Assembly (NCBI GenBank): GCA_016699365.1
Contig: CP064973.1
Span: forward strand, 237,684-301,683
From: Candidatus Nomurabacteria bacterium
GTDB taxonomy: Bacteria; Patescibacteriota; Minisyncoccia; Phycocordibacterales; UBA9973
Length of the DNA stretch: 64,000 nt
Direction of reading: 5' to 3'
Shown here piece after piece: positions 1-7,417 of this stretch. The position numbers and the translations under genes are program-made. The notes under the pieces are model-generated. The model searched no databases, was not told the DNA's origin, and worked only from the letters and a program-made list of their open reading frames with translations. Position 1 is the stretch's first letter, and every line of letters starts with the position of its first letter.

Positions 1-2
1 AA

Positions 3-551
3 CTAAAATGGTTTGGGAGCCTACTAGCAGTACTATTTTTAGCATGGTTTATTAGTGGTGGCCCAGAGAGATACGATCTAGAAAATGACAAGCCGTTTAT
101 AAAACCACCTTCTCCACTCAACACAGGTGAAATATATGGACCAGAAAATACAGCTGTAAATCCAAATACTCCAGTTGGCTGGAAGTCTGTTTCAACAAAA
201 TACTTCTCTGTTGCACTGCCTACTGATTGGGCTTTCAATGAATCCGATTCTAGTGTATGGAATTCATACAGAGGCGAATTTACAAACGGCAGCTCAACAA
301 TCTTTTTTGAATACGGACCATATGCAACAATACCGGTTCCAACAACAGACGATCGTCACACATTTACATATGAAACAGTTGCTTCGTACTATGCGACAAT
401 GATAAAACCAACAGGCTTCATGGGAAATACGACTGGCATGTTCATAGACCGCGCCCCAGCACTAGAAAAATTCTCCATCTCGGGATACAACCTAAACCCT
501 AGTGCTCAAAACACAGCGTTTTCTATTTTTAGAACTTTAGAATTCTATTAG
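3..551 (+). CDS. 3' fragment of a hypothetical membrane-anchored/secreted protein (gene starts upstream of window)
   Basis: 183 consecutive sense codons open from position 3 to TAG at 549-551. Missing from the ORF track because there is no in-window Met start. The N-terminal part is hydrophobic (LKWFGSLLAVLFLAWFISGG). Confidence 0.45.
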   Translation, partial: LKWFGSLLAVLFLAWFISGGPERYDLENDKPFIKPPSPLNTGEIYGPENTAVNPNTPVGWKSVSTKYFSVALPTDWAFNESDSSVWNSYRGEFTNGSSTIFFEYGPYATIPVPTTDDRHTFTYETVASYYATMIKPTGFMGNTTGMFIDRAPALEKFSISGYNLNPSAQNTAFSIFRTLEFY

Positions 552-1018
552 ACTCCGAGTATTCTAAATAGTGCAATTCCAGCTGAAACAGAAACATTCA
601 GAGATTCCTTGTTACCCTGCATTGGGATTTCGGCTATGATATCTGAAATATCTAAAATATTTTTTGATATTCCGTCTGTTTCAGAACCCAATATGAAAAC
701 CACCTTTTCTTCGGGTGAAACTTTTTTATAATCAGTAGAATTTTCTGCGAGCTCAATCGCGATTATCTGATATCCATCTTTTTTAAGCTTTTCTACCTCA
801 ACCAGAGTCTCATTCGCATGTCTCCAAGATATTGTTTTCTCTGCACCGAGAGCAGATTTTGCTACTTTAGGATTTGGTCTTCCAAAGCGATCAATCGGAT
901 CTGGGGTTGTACCAGAAAGTATTATTTCCTCTATTCCTACTGCATCACATGTACGGAAAATCGCACCTACGTTTTCAGCACTGCGAATATTGTCTAGGAT
1001 TAGGATTTTATTTTTCAT
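548..1018 (-). CDS. SpoU/TrmH-family RNA 2'-O-methyltransferase
   Basis: 156 aa; SpoU-like motifs (ENVGAIFRTCDAVG...ILGSE..G...........IP.....SLNVSVSAGIALF). Confidence 0.75.
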   Translation of the reverse strand: MKNKILILDNIRSAENVGAIFRTCDAVGIEEIILSGTTPDPIDRFGRPNPKVAKSALGAEKTISWRHANETLVEVEKLKKDGYQIIAIELAENSTDYKKVSPEEKVVFILGSETDGISKNILDISDIIAEIPMQGNKESLNVSVSAGIALFRILGV

Positions 1019-1026
1019 AGATAGCT

Positions 1027-1494
1027 TTATTTTTTAAAATATTTATTAAAAACATTAATTAATATATTGTGTGCATAGTGTACAATCACCGCCATCCATA
1101 TAGTTCCTGTCCACAAGGTAATCATACAAGCTATTGGCCCAAAAATTATTCCAGTATATAAAACTTGATGAATAGTATCTTTTTTAGATTGCCACTTATG
1201 ATTTTTCAAATGCCATAGACCAAACAAAATGGAAGATATAAATACTGACCAAACTACTGGAAGTACGTACATCAATCCGAACAATACAATACCTCTAAAA
1301 ATTATTTCCTCGTAAGCACTAGAAAGGAAAGTAGAAATTCTCCATGGATATTTCTCCCAAGTAAAACCGGTTTCTTTATACTGTTTTCTCTGAATACTTA
1401 GTGTGAGTATGAACAAAAGACAAATAAGTGCTATTTGTATGGCTGGTGTAAAAGAGTCTATTTGTTTGAAACTCAATGATTCGAGAATGATCAT
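1027..1494 (-). CDS. CPBP/CAAX-family intramembrane metalloprotease
   Basis: Multi-TM protein with EEIIFRG, FGLWH and HYAHN motifs (EExxxR / FxxxH / HxxxN). The ORF extends to 1623 but the likely start is Met at 1494. Confidence 0.55.
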   Translation of the reverse strand: MIILESLSFKQIDSFTPAIQIALICLLFILTLSIQRKQYKETGFTWEKYPWRISTFLSSAYEEIIFRGIVLFGLMYVLPVVWSVFISSILFGLWHLKNHKWQSKKDTIHQVLYTGIIFGPIACMITLWTGTIWMAVIVHYAHNILINVFNKYFKK

Positions 1495-1644
1495 ATTTGT
1501 TTGAATTAGTGGGAATCTTTCCTTACAGGAACAGTGCACCTTTTCACTCCAATAAAATTGAAGCCTGAAAAGCTTTTCGATTCCTACACGCAAGCAAAGC
1601 AGTTTGCTTGCTCGGGAGGACAAAGCCTCGCTTCGCTCATTTTG

Positions 1645-1717
1645 TCCTCCCGGTAGGAATCGAACCTACGACCCTCTCCTTAAAAGGGAGCTGCTCTACC
1701 GACTGAGCTACGGGAGG
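1645..1717 (-). tRNA. tRNA-Lys (anticodon UUU)
   Basis: Hand-folded cloverleaf: acceptor CCTCCCG/CGGGAGG, D-arm GCTC..GAGC, anticodon loop CTTTTAA, T-arm GTAGG TTCGATT CCTAC. There is one G.A mismatch at the top of the anticodon stem. Confidence 0.7.
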
Positions 1718-1803
1718 ATTTAACTTATTGAAAATAACATATTTATAGCTTTTCGGCAAATATTTTTCTTTTTAAAACCAATCAAATATGTTACAAATAA
1801 TAC

Positions 1804-2196
1804 ATGAAACCAAAAACAAAAATAATCATCGCAGTGGTACTTGGTATTTTAATACTAGGATTTACAAGCTTTTTTATAAGATCAAAAGATTCTGTAAAAA
1901 TCCCTACTCCACAAGAGGCCTTGGCGCAATGCCTAAAAGACAATGGCGCAAAGTTTTACGGTACATTTTGGTGTCCTCATTGTCAAAAACAAAAACAAAT
2001 GTTTGGAAGATCTGCTTCAAAACTACTCCCTTATATTGAATGTTCTACTCCAGACGGTAAGGGTCAGCTCCAAATATGTACAGATAATCAAATAGAAGGA
2101 TACCCTACTTGGGAATTCTTGGATGGATCAAGACTTACTGGGGAAATACCTCTATCTACACTCGCAGATAAAACTGGTTGTGTAGCACCAAATTAA
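1804..2196 (+). CDS. thioredoxin-like / DsbA(BdbA)-like thiol-disulfide oxidoreductase, membrane-anchored
   Basis: N-terminal TM segment, WCPHCQ CxxC active site, thioredoxin-fold length. Confidence 0.6.
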   Translation: MKPKTKIIIAVVLGILILGFTSFFIRSKDSVKIPTPQEALAQCLKDNGAKFYGTFWCPHCQKQKQMFGRSASKLLPYIECSTPDGKGQLQICTDNQIEGYPTWEFLDGSRLTGEIPLSTLADKTGCVAPN

Positions 2197-2198
2197 AT

Positions 2199-2759
2199 AT
2201 GTCTATAGAAACATTCAACATAATAGCGACCATCGGGTCTATGCTTATAGGGATTTTTGGTATAACCGCTATTTTTCTATCTTTTTCAAACAAGAAAACA
2301 CAATTTAGTGCTTTTGTTTCAAAAAAAGCTTATTTAATTGGCTTTTTGATTACACTTGGTGCGGTTATTATGAGCCTAATATATTCTGATATATACAAAT
2401 ACCCTCCTTGTGTACTATGTTGGTACCAAAGGATATTTATATACCCTCAGGTTGTTTTATTCGGACTTGCTATGATAAAAAAGTATCCAAAGTTTTTAGT
2501 AGCTCAAATTAATTTGGCACTAACTACAATTGGAGGTGCATTTTCTCTATATCATGTGATTATTACATACACGAACTTCAATCCGATCCCTTGCCCTGCT
2601 GCTGTATCATGCACTCAAAGATTCGTATTTACATTTGGATTTTCAACTATTCCACTAATGGCAATGTTTCTATTTGTTGGTCTACTGGGTGTGTATTTTA
2701 TGCTTAAAAGACAGAGTGATTCTGACTTATCCACAGATACTAAACAAAAGACTTTTTAG
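2199..2759 (+). CDS. DsbB/BdbC-family disulfide bond formation protein
   Basis: Four TM segments with PCVLCWYQRI (the BdbC-type CxxCWYQR motif) and a second Cys pair. Co-oriented immediately downstream of the thioredoxin-like gene. Confidence 0.65.
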   Translation: MSIETFNIIATIGSMLIGIFGITAIFLSFSNKKTQFSAFVSKKAYLIGFLITLGAVIMSLIYSDIYKYPPCVLCWYQRIFIYPQVVLFGLAMIKKYPKFLVAQINLALTTIGGAFSLYHVIITYTNFNPIPCPAAVSCTQRFVFTFGFSTIPLMAMFLFVGLLGVYFMLKRQSDSDLSTDTKQKTF

Positions 2760-3106
2760 TTGTGTATAATATATAGGAAGCACATAAAAAATTGCACCCA
2801 AGATTTCCCATTTAGGGATAAATATTTAAGGGATAGCAAAAAAATATCGAAACAGTTCATTATGTACGGAAATTATTATTATCCGTACCGGTTCTCAGTT
2901 TTTCTGTTCTTTAGGATAGGAGAAAGGGTCTCATGCATGTTGCGTAAACTTTACGCGCCATACACGAGGCCCTTTTTTTATTGTCTTTTTTAAATACCTT
3001 TAAAATCCCCAAAGGGTATTTTAACTTTTTATAATATAAGCCAAGGCGAGGGCCCAAAGGATTTTGAGTTCTTAAATAGCCTTACGCAGGCGGGTAGCCG
3101 AGCAGA

Positions 3107-3240
3107 GCAAAAATCCAGCAGGATTTTATGCGTGCTTTTTAAAAGTGATGGATAAAATAAAAGTTTTCCAGAAACTAAAGTCTGTATAACCACATACATG
3201 ATATGGGTTACAAAAAAAACAAAAACCCTTGCGGGTTTTT
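3107..3240 (+). repeat. conserved intergenic RNA-like element, copy A (5' hairpin, core, A-rich tract, terminator hairpin)
   Basis: Colinear homology with copy D (50361-50490, minus), copy B (12776-12908) and copy C (54194-54300). Core is aaaagtgaTGGATAAAAtaaaagTTTTCCAGAAACtaaag. Ends in aaaaaccc-ttgc-gggttttt. Confidence 0.5.
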
Positions 3241-3964
3241 ATGCCAAAGCCTTTAATATAAATAGTTCCAAATCTTTATCTAAATCCCTATTCCCACTTC
3301 TAGCCTCGTGATATATATGATTGAGTGATTCTAGGAAATAAGATAGTTCTATGTCAGAAAATTTATTTGTCATAGAGAGCGCTTTTTTATGGACAAATGG
3401 TGATAATTTTGTACTTTCAGGACTTAGTTTGTTTTGTTGTTGTTTATAAACAATCAAAGCATTTTTAATGGCCCAAAAAAGAGCAGGTATTATCTCCTCT
3501 GCAGAAACATTGTCATCTCGCATTTTTCTAAATATAATCCAAGCATTTTTCTTATCTCTAGAACCAAAACTATCTGTAAAAGAAAATATAACTGGTTTTT
3601 CTGCGACTTTCTTTTCTGTTTTAAAAAATTCTATTTCTGCATTTGCATGCTCCAGGTCTTTTAAAACTGGTTTTTTTAAATCAGTTTCCACTATGATAAA
3701 CAAATTTTCTGAATCAGACATTTCAGAAATCTTTTCCAAAACAAAAACACTTTTTTCTTCATTGTCTATCGAGTGTTTTAAAACCAAGGCTGTTTTGCTG
3801 CCAAATAAGTTAGAGCAATAAATTATAGAAGATAGAGACTGTGGAGATATGTCACTATCTGAAAAGTACTCAATATCAAATTGATCTTTTTTCAACTTTT
3901 CTAAAAAACGCTCAAGTGCTTTTGTGCGTTTTTCTATATCATTACCATAAAAAACATGTAGCAT
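3239..3964 (-). CDS. holA: DNA polymerase III delta subunit (HolA)-like
   Basis: 241 aa; N-terminal FYGND resembles the HolA YGxD start. Weak similarity only. Confidence 0.4.
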   Translation of the reverse strand: MLHVFYGNDIEKRTKALERFLEKLKKDQFDIEYFSDSDISPQSLSSIIYCSNLFGSKTALVLKHSIDNEEKSVFVLEKISEMSDSENLFIIVETDLKKPVLKDLEHANAEIEFFKTEKKVAEKPVIFSFTDSFGSRDKKNAWIIFRKMRDDNVSAEEIIPALFWAIKNALIVYKQQQNKLSPESTKLSPFVHKKALSMTNKFSDIELSYFLESLNHIYHEARSGNRDLDKDLELFILKALA

Positions 3965-3965
3965 A

Positions 3966-4499
3966 CTAGAATTTCACTATTTTTTTATAATCTTCGTATG
4001 CCTTACCATACTTTTTTTCAAGAATTTTTTCTTCTTGAACTACGAATATATATCTTGTCACCAAGAAAGTTACCATTGCAGTACACACAATGATTACAGA
4101 ATTTGAAAGAAAACCAAAACCTAAAACAAGGAGCGCAAGCCCCATATGAGTAGGACTTCTGAGATACACATATGGCCCCTTGCGAAATTCTTTTGCGGTT
4201 AAGTTTTCTGGGTCGAGTCTGTGTTTTTTTGTTCTATCAGAAGTCTTTTGAGACCAGAATATTAGAACCGTAGCAAGTATTAATAGTAGAGGGCCTATAG
4301 AAACCAATGTAGAAGACATAACTCTAAGTGGGTATAAATAGTCCAAAAAAAGACCTAAAACCAACGCTGTAAAGTATGTTAGGTAGGAATGGGCTAATAT
4401 TTCATGAACTGTTTTTGGGACTATATTTTTATTCATAAAAAAAGTGTAGCACGGGTGGTAATTTTGTGAAGTCTTTTTGATTATTTCATCTCTCCCCAA
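3966..4499 (-). CDS. isoprenylcysteine carboxyl methyltransferase (ICMT/PEMT)-family membrane methyltransferase
   Basis: Multi-TM protein; C-terminal motif RYIFVVQEEKILEKKYGKAYEDYKK is typical of the ICMT family. Confidence 0.5.
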   Translation of the reverse strand: MGRDEIIKKTSQNYHPCYTFFMNKNIVPKTVHEILAHSYLTYFTALVLGLFLDYLYPLRVMSSTLVSIGPLLLILATVLIFWSQKTSDRTKKHRLDPENLTAKEFRKGPYVYLRSPTHMGLALLVLGFGFLSNSVIIVCTAMVTFLVTRYIFVVQEEKILEKKYGKAYEDYKKIVKF

Positions 4500-6871
4500 T
4501 TTTTTCCTACAGATATATGCACGTCCAATGGAACAGATTTTTTATCTTTCAGAAATTCATCAGGTATCACATTTTTCATAGCTTCTATAACTATTTTCTT
4601 AACTTCTTCTATTTTTTCTTTTTTTACTTCGTACATCAACTCGTCATGAACCTGAAGTATGAGTCGGGCTTCGTTTATAAGGCCATTTTTTTCGAGTGCA
4701 TCATGAGAATTCTTAATAGCAATTTTTATTATATCTGCAGCAGTCCCTTGAATAGGAGCATTTATAGCCATACGTTCTGCCATTGCTCTTATAAAAGGAA
4801 TCTTAGATTTCAAACCAGGAAAATATCTTCTGCGACCAAAAAGTGTTTCTGTATAACCTTTTTGCTTTGCTTCTAAAATAACAGAGTCTAGGTAGCCTTG
4901 TATACTAGGAAACTCTGCAAAATAATTGTCATAAAACTTTTGAGCTTCTGCTCTATCTGTTCCAAGATTTTCTTTCAAGGCAAGTACGCCCATGCCATAC
5001 AAAATACCGAAGTTTATTACCTTTGCTCGTCTGCGCATTTCTGATGTTACTTCTGATTCCTGAACTCCAAAGACTCTCATCGCAACAGCAGAATGTACAT
5101 CTCTATTTTCTACAAACACATTGCGCAAATACTCATCACCAGACATAAGTGCTGCTAGGCGTAGTTCTATTTGTGAGTAATCGAAAGAAACAAGTTCATA
5201 TCCATCTTTCGCAACAAAAGCGTTTCTTATATTTTTACCGAGCTCAGTTTTTGTTGGAATATTTTGTAAATTTGGATCCTGTGAAGAGAATCTTCCTGTG
5301 GTTGTACCTGCCTGTTTAAACTTTGCGTGCAGTCGTCCGTCCTCTGAAACAAGAGATGGAATCGTGTCTATGTACGTAGAAAGTAGTTTTTGTAACTCTC
5401 TATAAAAAAATATTTCATCTATTATCGGACTGACCCCGCGCAATTTTTCTAGTTCACTCTCGCGGGTAGACCGAGCACCACCTGCGGTTTTTTTCATCCT
5501 ACCTGTTTCCGGGATCAGCTTCATTTCATCAAAAAGTATTTCACCTAATTGTTTTGGAGAATTTATATTGAATTCCCTGCCTGCATATTCCCATATTTTC
5601 TTCTCATGTTTTTTCAATTCAGTATGGTATTTGTCTGAAAGATCTTTTAAATAAAGAGTGTTTACCATAACCCCTGTATCTTCCATTTCTTTTATTATAG
5701 GTACGATCGGCAATTCAATATTTTCATAAACATATGAAAGTCCTTCTTTTTCGATTCTGTCCAAAATATTTTTCTTGGCTTCTTGTAAATTTTTTGCTCC
5801 TCCAAATGACAGGATATCTTCTTTTGGTGCATCGGCAATTTCAGAATTCAACAACCAATACGCTATACGCAAATTTACTTCTTCGTTCGCGGGAATATCT
5901 TCTGAAAAAAGTGGTTCATTTTTAAAAGTAGCACTATCTGCATAACCAAGCACTGATCGAGCCCTGGTAGTTAAAGACTTAAATTCAAATTCGCGAAGTG
6001 TATTTTCAACTAAATCTACATCGATTGATTCAATAAATTTTTTCTCAGGCAATTCAAATTTAATCGGAGCATCTCTTCTTATTGTTGCAAGAGTTTTAGA
6101 AAAAATTGCTTCTTCTTCACCTTCTTTTATTAGATTAGAAATTCTATCCGAAAGACCTGCATTTTTTAATACATCTGAATCTTTTTTAAGGTCTTTGTAC
6201 ATTTTTTCAAGTGTTCCAAATTTCTGAATCAATATTTCAGCAGTTTTTTCACCTATGCCTTTTATTCCAATAATATTGTCCGATGGATCACCGCGCAGAC
6301 CTTTGTAATCAGGTAAAAATTCAGGACGAAAACCAAATCGCTCAAACACTTTTTCTTCATCGTATAGAATCGTATCGTTTATGCCTTTTTTCAAAGTGAA
6401 TACTTGCACGCGCTTGTCGTCCACAAGTTGCAGTGTATCCATATCTCCTGATGCGATCACGATGTCTATTTTTTTTTCTTTTTTAAGAGTCTCGGTTATT
6501 GTTCCAAGCATGTCGTCCGCTTCAAACCCAGGAGCATCGTACATAGGAATCGAAAGTGCTTCAAATATTTTTCTAGAACTTTTTAATTGCGCGACTAGAG
6601 CGTCGTCTGTTTTTGCGCGACCAGCCTTGTAATTGTCATATGCTTCGTGGCGGAAGGTCTTTTGTGGTAGGTCATAGCAAGCAACTATATAATCAGGCTT
6701 CAGATCAGTAATGATCTTGAAAAGCATAGTCAGGAGGCCGTATATAGCTCCTGTAGGCTCACCCTTGGACGAAGCGAAGTCTGGGAGGGCATGATAGGCA
6801 CGGTGAACAATCGCGTGTGTATCAAGCAAAATAAGCTTACTTCGAGTTGATTTATCAGTCTTTTTTGGCAT
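4481..6871 (-). CDS. polA: DNA polymerase I (5'-3' exonuclease plus polymerase domains)
   Basis: 796 aa; 5'-nuclease N-terminus. Pol A motifs DYSQIELR (A), RRRAKVINFGILYG (B) and QVHDEL (C). Its length suggests the 3'-5' proofreading domain is reduced. Confidence 0.9.
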   Translation of the reverse strand: MPKKTDKSTRSKLILLDTHAIVHRAYHALPDFASSKGEPTGAIYGLLTMLFKIITDLKPDYIVACYDLPQKTFRHEAYDNYKAGRAKTDDALVAQLKSSRKIFEALSIPMYDAPGFEADDMLGTITETLKKEKKIDIVIASGDMDTLQLVDDKRVQVFTLKKGINDTILYDEEKVFERFGFRPEFLPDYKGLRGDPSDNIIGIKGIGEKTAEILIQKFGTLEKMYKDLKKDSDVLKNAGLSDRISNLIKEGEEEAIFSKTLATIRRDAPIKFELPEKKFIESIDVDLVENTLREFEFKSLTTRARSVLGYADSATFKNEPLFSEDIPANEEVNLRIAYWLLNSEIADAPKEDILSFGGAKNLQEAKKNILDRIEKEGLSYVYENIELPIVPIIKEMEDTGVMVNTLYLKDLSDKYHTELKKHEKKIWEYAGREFNINSPKQLGEILFDEMKLIPETGRMKKTAGGARSTRESELEKLRGVSPIIDEIFFYRELQKLLSTYIDTIPSLVSEDGRLHAKFKQAGTTTGRFSSQDPNLQNIPTKTELGKNIRNAFVAKDGYELVSFDYSQIELRLAALMSGDEYLRNVFVENRDVHSAVAMRVFGVQESEVTSEMRRRAKVINFGILYGMGVLALKENLGTDRAEAQKFYDNYFAEFPSIQGYLDSVILEAKQKGYTETLFGRRRYFPGLKSKIPFIRAMAERMAINAPIQGTAADIIKIAIKNSHDALEKNGLINEARLILQVHDELMYEVKKEKIEEVKKIVIEAMKNVIPDEFLKDKKSVPLDVHISVGKNWGEMK

Positions 6872-6899
6872 TTGTAAGCCAATTATATCATTAAAATAC

Positions 6900-7385
6900 T
6901 TATTGTTTTGAGATTTCTATTTCTCTAATTCTTTCTCCTTTGTGTAAGATTTTTACATGAATAGCACTTTCGGGAATTATTCCACTTACCTTCTCTGGCC
7001 ACTCAATCAAAATTAAGTTTTTATCATTTTTTAATATTTCCTGCCAGCCAAGAGTTAACAGCTCTTTTTCATCTTCTATTCTATAGGCGTCAATGTGTAT
7101 CAAATGCTCAAAAATCTTACCGAGTTTTTTATCATCAATTTTGTATATTCGCATCAAAACAAATGTTGGCGATAGAACATCTTCTTTGATACCAATTCCG
7201 CGTGCAAATGCCTGTGTAAGTGTGGTCTTACCTGCACCAAGCTCTCCTGAAAGCGCTACAAGTGTCGCGGAATTATTTTTAGCGCTTTGTTTTACTATAT
7301 CTAAAAGCTCGTCAGCAACTTCTTTTATTTCATCAATCTCAAATACTCTTTTCATAAGACGGATTCTAGCATAAACAAAACCCAC
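6900..7385 (-). CDS. tsaE: tRNA threonylcarbamoyladenosine biosynthesis protein TsaE
   Basis: 161 aa; P-loop LSGELGAGKTT and the SPTFVLMRIY motif. Confidence 0.7.
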   Translation of the reverse strand: MGFVYARIRLMKRVFEIDEIKEVADELLDIVKQSAKNNSATLVALSGELGAGKTTLTQAFARGIGIKEDVLSPTFVLMRIYKIDDKKLGKIFEHLIHIDAYRIEDEKELLTLGWQEILKNDKNLILIEWPEKVSGIIPESAIHVKILHKGERIREIEISKQ

Positions 7386-7417
7386 TCTCTAGGAGTGGGT
7401 TTTGTTTATTTACTTCT

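Noticed and set aside
1788-2039. 83-aa ORF overlapping the thioredoxin-like gene in another frame
   Set aside because: The overlapping frame carries the clear CxxC thioredoxin domain; this ORF is low-complexity and basic, and is a likely frame artefact.
2760-2993. 77-aa plus-strand ORF downstream of the DsbB-like gene
   Set aside because: It is low-complexity (YYYPYRFSVFLFFR), lies in a hairpin-rich intergenic region leading into element copy A, and is likely non-coding.
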